From: an uncultured Verrucomicrobiota bacterium
Lineage (GTDB): Bacteria; Verrucomicrobiota; Verrucomicrobiia; Limisphaerales; UBA9464
Assembly: GCA_903864375.1 (NCBI GenBank)
Contig: CAIPFS010000043.1
Coordinates: forward strand, 1 to 52,571
Direction: 5' to 3'
Length of the DNA: 52,571 nt
A program made the position numbers and the translations under genes. The first letter of the stretch is position 1. Each line of letters opens with the position of its first letter. Of this stretch, positions 19,344-29,151 are shown piece after piece. The notes beneath the pieces are model-generated. The model saw nothing but the letters and a program-made list of their open reading frames with translations, searched no databases and was not told where the DNA came from.

Positions 19344-19482
19344 AAAGAGATGGCGGCGTCCAAGACGATTCCGTTTCTGGAAATAGATGCGAATCCAACG
19401 GCTGTCCCGGCAGGAACAATCTCCTTTTGCCCGCACCTCTCTCGGATGACCACGATGAGAATGCCCCGAAAGTGGACCCATC

Positions 19483-19499
19483 GCCATGGGGTGAAACCC
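19483..19499 (-). promoter_or_regulatory. conserved stress-cluster upstream motif, copy C (upstream of the entericidin gene)
   Basis: The minus strand reads GGGTTTCACCCCATGGC, 16/17 identical to copies A and B. CATTCT sits at the same offset (19458..19463). Confidence 0.5.
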
Positions 19500-19610
19500 T
19501 GCATCCGGATTGATACCAGTGTTCTTATCCCCATCGGAGAAGCCAAGGTCTCGTGACCCATCCGGGTCCTTCTCCATCCACCCGTGTCCCGGCGGATTTG
19601 AAGGCCAGCG

Positions 19611-19910
19611 CTACGGAGTCCGGTCGGGCGGGTGAAGCTGCCTCCAGATGTCGACTGCCAGCCGCATGCCCTTGGCAGCGGCATCCCACCACGAAAATGG
19701 ACGTTGCGGTGGCCTGGGGGCACGACCCGGTGAGGAAACCAGGGATGAGACCAGTGAAATGACGGCGGATGCGGTTCGTGCGACGGATTGCGTGCTGTGG
19801 CTGAGGGCGACGACTCCGTCGCGGCCCTTCTCCCATTCACGGACCAGTCGAATCCGATTGAGCTCACTTTCGGCAATCAACAGCTGCTTTCGGGCCTTCA
19901 GGGAACTCAT
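19611..19910 (-). CDS. YqjK-like protein
   Basis: ATG at 19910 overlaps the upstream stop (ATGA). The 99-aa product starts MSSLKARKQLLIAESELNRIRLVREWE. Size, start and position after the YqjE-like gene match E. coli yqjK. Confidence 0.6.
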   Translation of the reverse strand: MSSLKARKQLLIAESELNRIRLVREWEKGRDGVVALSHSTQSVARTASAVISLVSSLVSSPGRAPRPPQRPFSWWDAAAKGMRLAVDIWRQLHPPDRTP

Positions 19911-20296
19911 GGAAGGTGCTTCTCCCAGCACTCACGGTCCTTGCGGAGTTGCTCCAGGGTGGCGGAGGGCTGTCGTGCCACCCGACGCAGCCGGAACAGC
20001 CGCCAGGAAAGAACAGCCGCACCCAGACCGTAAACGGTTGTCAAACCCAGCAGGGCAGTCCCCGGAGATCGCTCCCAGAGGAGGACACAGATGGCGGCAG
20101 TCAGGCTGATCAAGGCGAGGAGACCCAAAGTGGCCACGCCCAGCGCCAGCAGCACGGTTCGCAGGAGGAGCTCACGCTCCTCCTGCACCTCCAGCAACCA
20201 AAGCTCCAGGCGGTTCTCGCCCATGGCGAGTAGGGCTTTCCCGAACCCGCCGACAGCCGAGGCCAGTCTCTCCAGACCGTTGGTCGCCTTTTCCAT
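19907..20296 (-). CDS. YqjE-like / phage-holin-family membrane protein (DUF1469)
   Basis: ATG at 20296. 129 aa with ENRLELWLLEVQEERE followed by two TM helices. Sits between the DUF883 and YqjK-like genes, as in yqjD-yqjE-yqjK. Confidence 0.65.
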   Translation of the reverse strand: MEKATNGLERLASAVGGFGKALLAMGENRLELWLLEVQEERELLLRTVLLALGVATLGLLALISLTAAICVLLWERSPGTALLGLTTVYGLGAAVLSWRLFRLRRVARQPSATLEQLRKDRECWEKHLP

Positions 20297-20302
20297 GGTG
20301 GA

Positions 20303-20599
20303 CTATTTGCTGGTGCGGCGGGTGAGGAGGAAACCGATGACCGCCCCGACGCCGAAGGCAGCAGCCGCGACGGTGTAAGGATGTTCCCGCACCGTGTGAT
20401 CGGCCGCCTTGGCGCCGTCGAGAGCCCGTTCGCCAAGGCGCCCGCAGGCCGCTTCAGCCTGATGAATGGCGGCAGTGAGGCGCTGGCGCGCCTGAGCCAC
20501 TTTTTCGCCGGCCACTTCCGCCGTGGCGGCGATCAATGCGCGCGCTTCATCGGCGAGTGCGTCTTGTTTGGACTGGGTTGCAGATTCGTTGGTTGGCAT
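20303..20599 (-). CDS. DUF883 (ElaB/YqjD/YgaM) family membrane-anchored ribosome-binding protein
   Basis: ATG at 20599. 98 aa: a long helical region, then REHPYTVAAAAFGVGAVIGFLLTRR, the family's C-terminal TM anchor. Confidence 0.8.
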   Translation of the reverse strand: MPTNESATQSKQDALADEARALIAATAEVAGEKVAQARQRLTAAIHQAEAACGRLGERALDGAKAADHTVREHPYTVAAAAFGVGAVIGFLLTRRTSK

Positions 20600-20639
20600 A
20601 AGAAGAGATGGGGTGAGGTGAATAGGACGACGGATGGCC

Positions 20640-21239
20640 TTAGTGGGCAGCCACCACGGGCGCCTTGGAGGTGGATTTGGGAGCGTGCTCCATCGACGGA
20701 CGGGGCTGGGGGGCGGTCGTTTTTTCCGTTCCAACGGAGGGCACCGTCGCTCCGACGGCCAGAGCCTCCGGATTGCAGGTGCTGCGCGCCAGGGCGGTCA
20801 GCGTATCGTTGGCGGCCTTTTCCTCAGCGAGGATGTTCTTGAGCAATTCGGCTCCCTTCTTGTTTCCCAGAAGGACGGCCCATTCATGAAGTCCACCGTA
20901 GGAGGCGATTTCATAGTGCTCGATCTTCTGGGCGGCGTTGACCAGAGCCGCATTGAGAACCGGTGAACCCTTGAAATGGGCGACCAGATCGTGGGTCTCC
21001 TTGAGGATTCCCACCGTGGCATCACAGGTCTTGCCATGGGGCTTTGCCCCGGCAGACGCGAAAACCTCATCCAGGTGTTTGATCTGTCCTTCGCTTTCCT
21101 TCTGATGGGAGGTCAGGGCCTTTTTCAACTTTTCGCAGGTCGCCGCCTCGGCGAGCTTCGGAAGGGCGCGCTGGATTTGGTGCTCCGAGTCGTACATGTC
21201 AGCAAGTTCATTCAGGAAAAGGTCTTTTAATGTTTTCAT
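20640..21239 (-). CDS. YciE/YciF-type ferritin-like protein (DUF892)
   Basis: ATG at 21239. MKTLKDLFLNELADMYDSEHQIQRALPKLAEAA... and ...AAQKIEHYEIASYGGL... are characteristic. It has a low-complexity C-terminal tail. Confidence 0.8.
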   Translation of the reverse strand: MKTLKDLFLNELADMYDSEHQIQRALPKLAEAATCEKLKKALTSHQKESEGQIKHLDEVFASAGAKPHGKTCDATVGILKETHDLVAHFKGSPVLNAALVNAAQKIEHYEIASYGGLHEWAVLLGNKKGAELLKNILAEEKAANDTLTALARSTCNPEALAVGATVPSVGTEKTTAPQPRPSMEHAPKSTSKAPVVAAH

Positions 21240-21339
21240 AACGGCGGGCTCCAGAGGTCCACAAGGGGCGGCGGTCGGGAATTCTTTCCGCAACACCCTT
21301 TGTTTGGTCTATCTGAAAGGTAGAGACTCCGTTGGCCCC

Positions 21340-21358
21340 GAGCCATGGGGTGTAACCC
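21340..21358 (-). promoter_or_regulatory. conserved stress-cluster upstream motif, copy B (upstream of the yciF-like gene)
   Basis: The minus strand reads GGGTTACACCCCATGGCTC. TACCTT lies 17 nt downstream (21317..21322), 78 nt before the ATG at 21239. Confidence 0.55.
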
Positions 21359-21425
21359 TGACGACGTGCGCTTCAAGAGGCCCCGCCCACACCGATGTAG
21401 ACACGGTGGTCGTCGCGCCCTCTGC

Positions 21426-21494
21426 CCTCTGTGGTTGGACTCTTGCTCACGGTCCTGAGGATCAACCACAGAGGACGCAGAGGACACAGAGAAA
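21426..21494. repeat. intergenic hairpin plus 9-nt-period CAGAGGAC repeats (PVC-type GC-rich repeat)
   Basis: Perfect 12-bp stem CCTCTGTGGTTG (21426..21437) / CAACCACAGAGG (21463..21474). It runs into CAGAGGACG CAGAGGACA CAGAGAAA (21469..21494). Confidence 0.6.
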
Positions 21495-21610
21495 GAAGAA
21501 TCGAACGGTGGGACCGACGTGCCCGGTCCAAGCCGTAGGCCGACCTAACCACACCCACAACTATCACAACCTATTGCCAGTCAGACTTCAATGGGCGCTG
21601 CGGATCCCAA

Positions 21611-22510
21611 CTACGAAAGTCGGATAAACGGCGTCCCGTCCATCCGCCGGCTCAGGTCGACCGGATCACCCACCCTGACCATTCCGGGGTCCACCTGATA
21701 GGCCCAGACCTCGAAGTAATCGAGTGTGGCCTCGCCGTAAATGGTGGTGAAGGCACCGTCCACGGCGTCCAGGCCGTGGGCAATCTTGATCCGGCCGATT
21801 CGGGGGACATTGAACCGGGGATCGAACGTGATCCATTCGTTGCCAAGGTAGACCTCGCAATACGCGTGAAAGTCCATCGGAGTGCCCGGGTCCTGAAACC
21901 CGATGTCCGGCAGATGCCCGGTCACATAGCGGGCCGGAAGGTTGAACGCCCGGCACAGGGCAATGGCCGAGTGGGCGAAGTCCCGGCACACGCCGTGACG
22001 GCGGGCGATCACCTCGGAGGCGGACAAATCCGGTCGACCGGAGGCAAACCGGTATTCGATGTTGTGATGCACCCAGTTGCAAATGGCCTGCACCCGCTGC
22101 AGTCCCTGCTGGATATGCCCGAAGTGATGCCAGGCGAAATCGCGGAGCTTGTCCGAGTCGCAATAGCGACTGGGCAGTGTGTACCGCAGCAACTCGAAGG
22201 GAAGCTGTCCGATACTGACAATCGGCCCGTGAACCACATGACTCTCAGGCAACGAGGAGACGGCCACCAATGCATCGTGACGGATGACGTTCCGACCCGG
22301 CATCAGCGTGGAACGGTAGGTGCTGTTGCCGTGGGCATCCTGGAATTCGTAGGAGGGGAGGCCGATGCCAAAGGAAATGGTTTCCTGCATCAGCAACATC
22401 CGGCTTTCCAAGCGCGGTTTGAGGACGAACAACGCGGGGGTGGCTACCGGCGTGGTGTAAGCCAGGTTGCATCCAACGCGAACGGTCAGGTTCAGGGGGT
22501 TCCAAGCCAT
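21611..22510 (-). CDS. transglutaminase-like family protein
   Basis: ATG at 22510. N-terminal bacterial transglutaminase-N-like region, then RHGVCRDFAHSAIALCR (catalytic Cys) with downstream His/Asp. Confidence 0.8.
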   Translation of the reverse strand: MAWNPLNLTVRVGCNLAYTTPVATPALFVLKPRLESRMLLMQETISFGIGLPSYEFQDAHGNSTYRSTLMPGRNVIRHDALVAVSSLPESHVVHGPIVSIGQLPFELLRYTLPSRYCDSDKLRDFAWHHFGHIQQGLQRVQAICNWVHHNIEYRFASGRPDLSASEVIARRHGVCRDFAHSAIALCRAFNLPARYVTGHLPDIGFQDPGTPMDFHAYCEVYLGNEWITFDPRFNVPRIGRIKIAHGLDAVDGAFTTIYGEATLDYFEVWAYQVDPGMVRVGDPVDLSRRMDGTPFIRLS

Positions 22511-22704
22511 GGTCCTAAAGAGTAAAACTGCGCCGGCCTCAATGGATCCCGGCGTTGAAGAGGAACAGGGATGGGCTCGCAGGTCCATGATTGTTTTCAA
22601 ACGATCCACAGGTTAGCGGTCGCGGAACGGATGGACGGCCTTCGTCGGATCGAACCGGGCAAATCCTTCTTTCCAAGCCGGAACCGGGGCGACAAGCTCG
22701 CCGA

Positions 22705-25299
22705 ATGCATCGTCGGAAGGAAGTGTTCGCCCGGGCTCGAAGCCGTTCCAGCGGATCTTTGGCCCTCCGGACTTCCCTCCTGCTGGCCTCCCTGGTCCTG
22801 GCTGCAGTCGGTCCGTTCACCAGCCGGGCCGCCGGGGTACCGGCGGATTCCCGTTCGGCATCGCACTGGTCGTTTCAGCCGGTGGTTCGCCCTCCGATCC
22901 CGACACCGACGTTCACTTCGACGGGCGGCTCATCAGATCACGTTAATCCGATTGATGCCTTCGTCAGTTCGAAGCTTTCGGAGCTGCACCTCACCCTTTC
23001 CCCCGAGGCGGACCGGTCCGCCCTGATTCGCCGGCTTTACTGGGTCATGCTGGGGGTGCCTCCGGAGCCCGCCGAAGTTGAAGCCTTCCAGCGCGACGAC
23101 CGCCCCCGGGCTTTTGAACGATGGGTGGACAAGGTCCTGGACGATCCCCGCTACGGTGAACGCTGGGCCCGCCACTGGCTCGACGTGGTTCGGTTTGCTG
23201 AAAGCAATGGCTTTGAGACCAATCGCGAGCGGCCCAACGCCTGGCGCTACCGCGATTACATCATCGCCGCCTTCAACCGGGACCTGCCCTTCGACCGATT
23301 CATTAGGGAGCAGATTGCCGGGGATGCCCTCGGAAGCGACGTCGCCACCGGCTTCCTGGTGGCCGGTCCCGTGGACATCGTGGGGAGCCCGGACCCGGTG
23401 CTCACCGCCCAACAGCGAGCAGACCAGCTGGATGACATGGTGGCCACCACCGGCACCGCCTTCCTCGGGCTGACGCTGGGGTGTGCCCGCTGTCATGATC
23501 ACAAATTCGATCCGGTGTCCCAGACCGAGTATTACGCTCTGTCGGCCGTTTTCGCCGGGGTACGGCATGGGGAACGGGCGGAACCGCTGCCGCAGGAACG
23601 GGAGGCACGAATCCGGGAACTGGACGAAAAAATCCGGGTGGCGGAAGCGGGTCTGACCCGGTTCACGGCCCCGCCTCCCGTCGCGCTCCGTTCCGCAACC
23701 CCCAGACCACCCGTCAACGCCCGGGAGAACACGGAATCCTTTGCTCCGGTGGAGGCCCGCTTTATCCGCTTCACCATCCGGGCATCGACCGGCGGTGAAC
23801 CGTGCCTCGATGAACTCGAGGTCTGGTCGGGCGACCGCAATGTGGCGCTGGCGTCCCTGGGAACCCGACCCCTGGCTTCCGGCACTCTGTCGGGATACGA
23901 CATCCACAAGCTGGAGCACATCAATGACGGTCGGAAGGGCAACACGCGATCCTGGATTTCAAATGAGGATGGGCACGGCTGGGTGCAGCTGGAGTTTGCC
24001 CGTCCGGAGCGCATCGAGCGCATCGTCTGGGGCCGGGATCACGACGGCAATTTCGCCGACCGATTGGCCACCGATTACGTGATTGAAGCGGCTCTGGAGC
24101 CGGGTCACTGGCAGGTGGTCGCAAGCTCCAACGACCGGCAACCGGTGGCATCCAGCGGAAAACCAACGGGGCCCGTCTATGACTTCAACCGGTTTCCCGA
24201 GCCGGAAGCCCAGGAGGGTCGCCGATGGCTGGCTGAACTGGAAGGTCTGCGCAAAGAAAGGCAACAGGCAGCCCAGGCACCCATGGTGTACTCGGGCACC
24301 TTCAGCCAGCCGGGTCCGACGCACCGTTTCCACCGGGGTGACGCCATGCAACCGCGTGAGGAGGTCCCCCCCGCAACCCTCGCCTTGTTTCAACCCGAAC
24401 AGTGGTCCCCGGAGCTTCCGGAACAGGAACGACGCCGCAAGCTGGCCGATTGGATTGCCTCGCCCGGGAATCCACTGACCGCCCGGGTCATCGTCAATCG
24501 CCTCTGGCAGCATCAGTTCGGGGTGGGATTGGTTGAGACTCCCAACGATTTTGGCCGCAACGGCGCACGCCCCACCCATCCGGAACTTCTGGACTGGCTG
24601 GCTGCTGAACTGGTCCGCCCCCTCTCCACCGACGGCACCACGGAGACCGTTGCCGGGGCATGGTCGATCAAACATCTTCAACGCCTGATTTTGACCAGCG
24701 CCACCTGGCGTCAGTCGAGTGCCCCCCGTCCGGATGCCCTTCGGGTGGATGGAAACAGCCGCCTATTGTGGCGCTTTCCGCCCCGACGACTGGAAGCCGA
24801 GGCCATCCGGGATGGAATTCTGGCCGTGAGTGGGACACTGGACACGACGGCGGGCGGCCCCAGCTTTTTCCTCCACGACGTCGATCGCGAGAATGTCTAC
24901 CACTACCATCCCAAAGAGGAATTCGGCCCCGCTGAATCCCGACGGATGGTCTACGCCTTCAAAGTTCGGATGGAACAGGATGGCATCTTTGGCTCTTTTG
25001 ATTGTCCGGATGGCAGCCTGGTGGCCCCGCGGCGGAGCGTTTCCACGACCCCGTTGCAGGCGCTGAACCTGTTCAACAGCCGGTTCATGCTCCAGCAATC
25101 CCAAGCCTTTTCCGCCCGGCTCCAACGGGAGGCGGGGGACGATCTCTCCGCCCAATTGCAGCTGGCCTGGCAGCGAACCTACAATCGCGCCGCGACGTCC
25201 GACGAACTCCGTGAGGCCATTGCCTTCGCCCGCGCTGAAGGGGTTCCGGCTCTCTGCCGGGCGTTGCTGAACTCCAACGAATTCCTCTTCATTCCATGA
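22705..25299 (+). CDS. DUF1549 (PSCyt2) / discoidin-like / DUF1553 (PSD1) domain protein
   Basis: ATG at 22705 with signal peptide. [12 protein letters not shown] block of DUF1549. Central [24 protein letters not shown] resembles an F5/8 type C domain. C-terminal PSD1-like region ends NSNEFLFIP. Confidence 0.8.
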   Translation: MHRRKEVFARARSRSSGSLALRTSLLLASLVLAAVGPFTSRAAGVPADSRSASHWSFQPVVRPPIPTPTFTSTGGSSDHVNPIDAFVSSKLSELHLTLSPEADRSALIRRLYWVMLGVPPEPAEVEAFQRDDRPRAFERWVDKVLDDPRYGERWARHWLDVVRFAESNGFETNRERPNAWRYRDYIIAAFNRDLPFDRFIREQIAGDALGSDVATGFLVAGPVDIVGSPDPVLTAQQRADQLDDMVATTGTAFLGLTLGCARCHDHKFDPVSQTEYYALSAVFAGVRHGERAEPLPQEREARIRELDEKIRVAEAGLTRFTAPPPVALRSATPRPPVNARENTESFAPVEARFIRFTIRASTGGEPCLDELEVWSGDRNVALASLGTRPLASGTLSGYDIHKLEHINDGRKGNTRSWISNEDGHGWVQLEFARPERIERIVWGRDHDGNFADRLATDYVIEAALEPGHWQVVASSNDRQPVASSGKPTGPVYDFNRFPEPEAQEGRRWLAELEGLRKERQQAAQAPMVYSGTFSQPGPTHRFHRGDAMQPREEVPPATLALFQPEQWSPELPEQERRRKLADWIASPGNPLTARVIVNRLWQHQFGVGLVETPNDFGRNGARPTHPELLDWLAAELVRPLSTDGTTETVAGAWSIKHLQRLILTSATWRQSSAPRPDALRVDGNSRLLWRFPPRRLEAEAIRDGILAVSGTLDTTAGGPSFFLHDVDRENVYHYHPKEEFGPAESRRMVYAFKVRMEQDGIFGSFDCPDGSLVAPRRSVSTTPLQALNLFNSRFMLQQSQAFSARLQREAGDDLSAQLQLAWQRTYNRAATSDELREAIAFARAEGVPALCRALLNSNEFLFIP

Positions 25300-26804
25300 G
25301 ATCCGGTGTGCCTTCATTGAGCGGTCCGCTATCGAACCGGCGACGGTTTTTATCGGATGCCGGACTGGGGCTCGGTGCCATCGCCCTGACCCAGCTTCTC
25401 TCCCGGCAGGGCCTGCTCGCGGCCACCGTGTCAGGCAAGGACCCGTTGCGACCGGCCATTGCCCCGGGTCAGCCTTATGCCCCTCGCACCACGCATTTTG
25501 CGCCCCGCGCCACCAACGTCCTGGTGATTTTCTGCAGCGGTGCGTGCAGCCAGCTCGACACGTTCGACTACAAACCGGAGCTGATTCGGCGCCATGGTCA
25601 GGCGATGCCGGGCCGCGAAAAGCTGATCACGTTTCAAGGCGAACAGGGGGCCCTCACCCGGAGCCCGTGGGAATTCCGTCCGCGCGGTCAAAGCGGCAAA
25701 ATGATTTCCGATTTGGTGCCACACATCGGTGCGCTGGCCGATGATCTCTGCTTCATCCACTCGATGAAGGGGAAAACCAACACCCATGGTCCGGGAGAAA
25801 ACTACATGTCGACCGGCAACACCCTCGACGGTTTTCCCAGCCTTGGCTCGTGGGCGACGTATGCCCTGGGAAGCGAGGACCAGAGCCTGCCCGCCTATGT
25901 CGCCATTCCCGATCCGCGCGGAAAACCTCAAAACAGCGTCAACAACTGGGCTCCCGGGTTTCTGCCGGCGGCCTTTCAAGGAACAGAATTCAACGCCACC
26001 CATCCCATCCGCAATCTGGCCCGCCCAGAGGCCCTCAGCAACGCAACGGACCAGGCGACCCGGCATTTCCTTCAGCAGTTGAATGAACGCCATGCCAGCC
26101 AGTATCCGGGGGACAGTCAGCTGGCCGCGCGAATCGCCAGCTATGAACTGGCAGCCAGGATGCAGCTGACCGTCCCCGAGGTAGCCGATCTATCCACCGA
26201 ACCGGAACACATCCTGAGGCTTTACGGGGCCGACGAGTCTGGCACGAAAATCAAGGACCTCCGGGCAGCCTTCGCCCGCAACTGCATTCTGGCCCGTCGC
26301 CTGGTCGAAAAGGGCGTGCGCTTTGTGCAGGTCTTCAACGGGGCTTACCAAACCGGCGGCGAAGGGGTCAGCAACTGGGATGGCCACAAGGACCTTTTGG
26401 GGCAATACAGCGTCCACGGCCCGGTCCTGGACAAGCCGACGGCAGGCCTCTTGATTGACCTGAAACAACGGGGGTTGCTGGAAACCACCCTGGTGGTCTG
26501 GTGCACCGAGTTTGGTCGGATGCCAACGTTCCAAAAAGGGTCCCAGGGCCGGGACCACAACCCGGATGGGTTCACCTGCTGGCTGGCGGGTGCGGGAGTG
26601 AAAGCCGGTTTCAGCCACGGGGCGACCGACGAGTTCGGCTACAAATCGGTGGAGGACGTGGTGACCGTGCACGATCTGCATGCCACCATCCTGCATCTCC
26701 TCGGTCTCGACCACGAACGGCTGACGTACTACCACAACGGCATCGAGCGTCGACTCACCGACGTGGATGGCGACGTGGTGAAGCCCATCCTGAAGTCCGT
26801 CTGA
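25296..26804 (+). CDS. DUF1501 domain protein (sulfatase-fold), Tat signal
   Basis: ATG overlaps the upstream stop (ATGA, 25296-25299). [17 protein letters not shown] twin-arginine leader. GRDHNPDGF block typical of DUF1501. It is the usual partner of DUF1549/1553 genes. Confidence 0.85.
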   Translation: MRSGVPSLSGPLSNRRRFLSDAGLGLGAIALTQLLSRQGLLAATVSGKDPLRPAIAPGQPYAPRTTHFAPRATNVLVIFCSGACSQLDTFDYKPELIRRHGQAMPGREKLITFQGEQGALTRSPWEFRPRGQSGKMISDLVPHIGALADDLCFIHSMKGKTNTHGPGENYMSTGNTLDGFPSLGSWATYALGSEDQSLPAYVAIPDPRGKPQNSVNNWAPGFLPAAFQGTEFNATHPIRNLARPEALSNATDQATRHFLQQLNERHASQYPGDSQLAARIASYELAARMQLTVPEVADLSTEPEHILRLYGADESGTKIKDLRAAFARNCILARRLVEKGVRFVQVFNGAYQTGGEGVSNWDGHKDLLGQYSVHGPVLDKPTAGLLIDLKQRGLLETTLVVWCTEFGRMPTFQKGSQGRDHNPDGFTCWLAGAGVKAGFSHGATDEFGYKSVEDVVTVHDLHATILHLLGLDHERLTYYHNGIERRLTDVDGDVVKPILKSV

Positions 26805-26864
26805 AACAGGAGTAGCGGGCCATCCTCATCCTGCTGATGCCCGACACACACCCACCCGGGGAAC

Positions 26865-27638
26865 CTACTTTGAGATACCCCGTTCGGTGGTCCGGATAAA
26901 TTGCAGTAAATGCTCCAGAGCGGGTGACGGCGGCAATTCCCCGGCGGCCTTGACCAGCGCATTGCTGGTGGTCAGTCCCTCCTTGAAAAATATTTTGAAG
27001 GCACTGATCAAGGTCTTGATCGTTTCCGGAGGAAACCCGTTGCGCTCCAGCCCGACCTTGTTGATGAAACGGGTCTCCGCCGGATTGCCATCGGCCATCA
27101 TGTACGGCGGCACATCCTGGACCACCTTGGAACAGCCGCCGATCATCGCGAACGAGCCAATCCGACAAAACTGATGCACGGCCGCCAGTCCACCGATGAC
27201 CGCATGGTCGCCCACATCGACATGTCCGGCCAGGGTCGCCACGTTCGACATGATGACGTGATGGCCGACCGTCACATCGTGGGCCAGATGGACATAAGCG
27301 AGGAAATGGTTGTCGGAACCGACCCGCGTGATTCCGCCGTCCGACGTGGCGCTATGAACGGTGACATACTCCCGGAAGACATTGCGGTCACCGATTTCCA
27401 CCCGGGTGAGGCCGCCCTTCCATTTGAGATCCTGGGTCTTGAGACCGAGGCAGGCAAAAGGGAATACCTCGTTGTCGGATCCGAGGGAGGTGTTCCCGTC
27501 GATGACGACGTGGCTGTGGAGACGGCACCGGTCGCCGAGCCGGACACCGGCACCGACGACGCAATAGGGACCTATCCAGCAGTCCTCACCGAGGACGGCT
27601 TCCGGATGAAGGATGGCGGTGGGATGAAGGGTGGACAT
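26865..27638 (-). CDS. lpxA: acyl-ACP--UDP-N-acetylglucosamine O-acyltransferase LpxA
   Basis: MSTLHPTAILHPEAVLGEDCWIGPYCVVG with hexapeptide repeats throughout. C-terminal helical domain. Lies 2 nt after lpxC/fabZ. Confidence 0.9.
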   Translation of the reverse strand: MSTLHPTAILHPEAVLGEDCWIGPYCVVGAGVRLGDRCRLHSHVVIDGNTSLGSDNEVFPFACLGLKTQDLKWKGGLTRVEIGDRNVFREYVTVHSATSDGGITRVGSDNHFLAYVHLAHDVTVGHHVIMSNVATLAGHVDVGDHAVIGGLAAVHQFCRIGSFAMIGGCSKVVQDVPPYMMADGNPAETRFINKVGLERNGFPPETIKTLISAFKIFFKEGLTTSNALVKAAGELPPSPALEHLLQFIRTTERGISK

Positions 27639-27640
27639 GG

Positions 27641-29035
27641 TCAGCGGTCCACCAGCATGAAGGTGACATTGGCCTCGCTGACGACCTCTCCGTCGACCGA
27701 GCAGACACCCTTGGCCTTGCCGATCTTTCCCCGGTTCTTGGTCATTTCGACGGCGATGATGAGGGTGTCGCCCGGTCGAACCGGTCGACGCCAGCGGACA
27801 TCCTCGGCGGACATGAAATAGGCCAGTTTCCCGATGTTCTCCGCCTGCCGCATCATCAGGATGCCGGCCACCTGGGCAATGGCTTCCAACTGGAGAACGC
27901 CCGGCATGATGGGATGACCGGGGAAATGGCCGTCAAAGAACGGTTCGCCGATGGTCAGATTCTTCATGGCCGTGATCTTGTTGCCATCAATGGCCACCAC
28001 CCGATCGACCATCAGAAAGGGAGGACGATGGGGAAGGATCTTCATCACCCCGATGGTGTCGAGGGTGGTTCCGTCCAGAATCACCGGAGCATTCGTCTCC
28101 GGTTTGGCAACGGGGGCCGCAACCAGTCGGGTCTCGCTTTTGGCGGGTGCCGCCGGTGTTTCGGGGACGGGCGGAGGAGTGAAGGCGTGAGCCGCCTGGA
28201 TGGGCTTGCGCTGCTGGGCCACAATTGCCTTCGCCAGCTCGGTGTTGGCGTGATGGCTCGGTTTGGTGGCGATGACATGGCCGCGAATCGGAACCCCCAC
28301 GAGGGCCAGGTCGCCAATGATGTCGAGAATCTTGTGACGGACGAATTCCTCCCGATACCGCAGTGGTTCGTTGGTCAACACCGCATCATCCCGGATGACA
28401 ATGGCATTCTCGAGACTGCCCCCTTTGATGAGGCCATTCCGATAGAGGTATTCGATTTCCTCAAAGAAACAGAAGGTGCGGGCATGGCTGAGTTCTTTCT
28501 CCCACGATTCCGGGTTGATTTCGACGGAGAAGAACTGGGTGAACCGTCCTCCCTTGTCGGCACTGGTACAGGAAATCTTGAAGCCGTCGTGGGGCAGAAT
28601 GGCCATGTGGGTCTCACCCACGGAAACCTCAAGCGGCGAGGTCACACGATACGGCTCGTAGGTATCCGTCTGGGCGATCACCCCCACTTCCCGAATCAAC
28701 CGGGCAAAATCCCGGGCACTGCCGTCGGCAATCGGCGGCTCATTGGCATCCAGCTCCACAATGGCATTGGTGATGCCTGCTCCTGCAAGCGCCGCGAGCA
28801 CGTGCTCGACGGTGTGGATTTTAACGCTGCCCCGACCCAGGGTGGTCGACCGCTGGGTATCGATGACCAATTCAGCTTTCGCCTCCAGTTCGGGCCGTCC
28901 ATCCAAATCCACCCGCCGGAAGCGAATCCCGCTGTTGGGCTGGGCGGGCAGCAGGTTGAGCTGGACCCGGTTGCCGGAATGAAGGCCGATTCCGGAGTAG
29001 GTCACCGGCTGTTTGAGCGTTTGCTGCGAAGGCAC
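27641..29035 (-). CDS. lpxC: bifunctional UDP-3-O-acyl-GlcNAc deacetylase / 3-hydroxyacyl-ACP dehydratase (LpxC/FabZ fusion)
   Basis: GTG start at 29035. N-terminal TLKQPVTYSGIGLHSGNRV and HTVEHVLAAL (LpxC). C-terminal DGHFPGHPIMPGVLQLEAIAQ (FabZ). Confidence 0.9.
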   Translation of the reverse strand: MPSQQTLKQPVTYSGIGLHSGNRVQLNLLPAQPNSGIRFRRVDLDGRPELEAKAELVIDTQRSTTLGRGSVKIHTVEHVLAALAGAGITNAIVELDANEPPIADGSARDFARLIREVGVIAQTDTYEPYRVTSPLEVSVGETHMAILPHDGFKISCTSADKGGRFTQFFSVEINPESWEKELSHARTFCFFEEIEYLYRNGLIKGGSLENAIVIRDDAVLTNEPLRYREEFVRHKILDIIGDLALVGVPIRGHVIATKPSHHANTELAKAIVAQQRKPIQAAHAFTPPPVPETPAAPAKSETRLVAAPVAKPETNAPVILDGTTLDTIGVMKILPHRPPFLMVDRVVAIDGNKITAMKNLTIGEPFFDGHFPGHPIMPGVLQLEAIAQVAGILMMRQAENIGKLAYFMSAEDVRWRRPVRPGDTLIIAVEMTKNRGKIGKAKGVCSVDGEVVSEANVTFMLVDR

Positions 29036-29151
29036 GGGGGGTTTTTAGCGAAGGGCGACGGATCAGTGCAAGACGGCGTGCGGTTGGTGATACGGTCCCG
29101 GCGACGGCAAATGACCGTCAAAAGATACTCAACCAATTGCTGATGTGATAG

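Noticed and set aside
19141-21358. Reading the stress motif on the plus strand as an ECF-type -35 (GGTGTAACCC / GGTGAAACCC resemble TGTAAC / TGAAAC).
   Set aside because: No CGT-type -10 lies 16-17 nt downstream in any copy. Plus-strand transcription would run antisense into the 3' ends of the neighbouring minus-strand genes.
19141-21358. Reading TGGCTC in the motif as a sigma-54 -24 element.
   Set aside because: The required TTGC-type -12 element 5 nt downstream is absent. The copies read CAATTGAAG, GGGGCCAAC and TGGGTCCAC.
26865-29035. The lpxC/fabZ fusion and lpxA without an adjacent lpxD as an anomaly.
   Set aside because: Fused LpxC/FabZ is a known architecture in several non-proteobacterial Gram-negative phyla. 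lpxD may simply lie elsewhere, so this is ordinary housekeeping.
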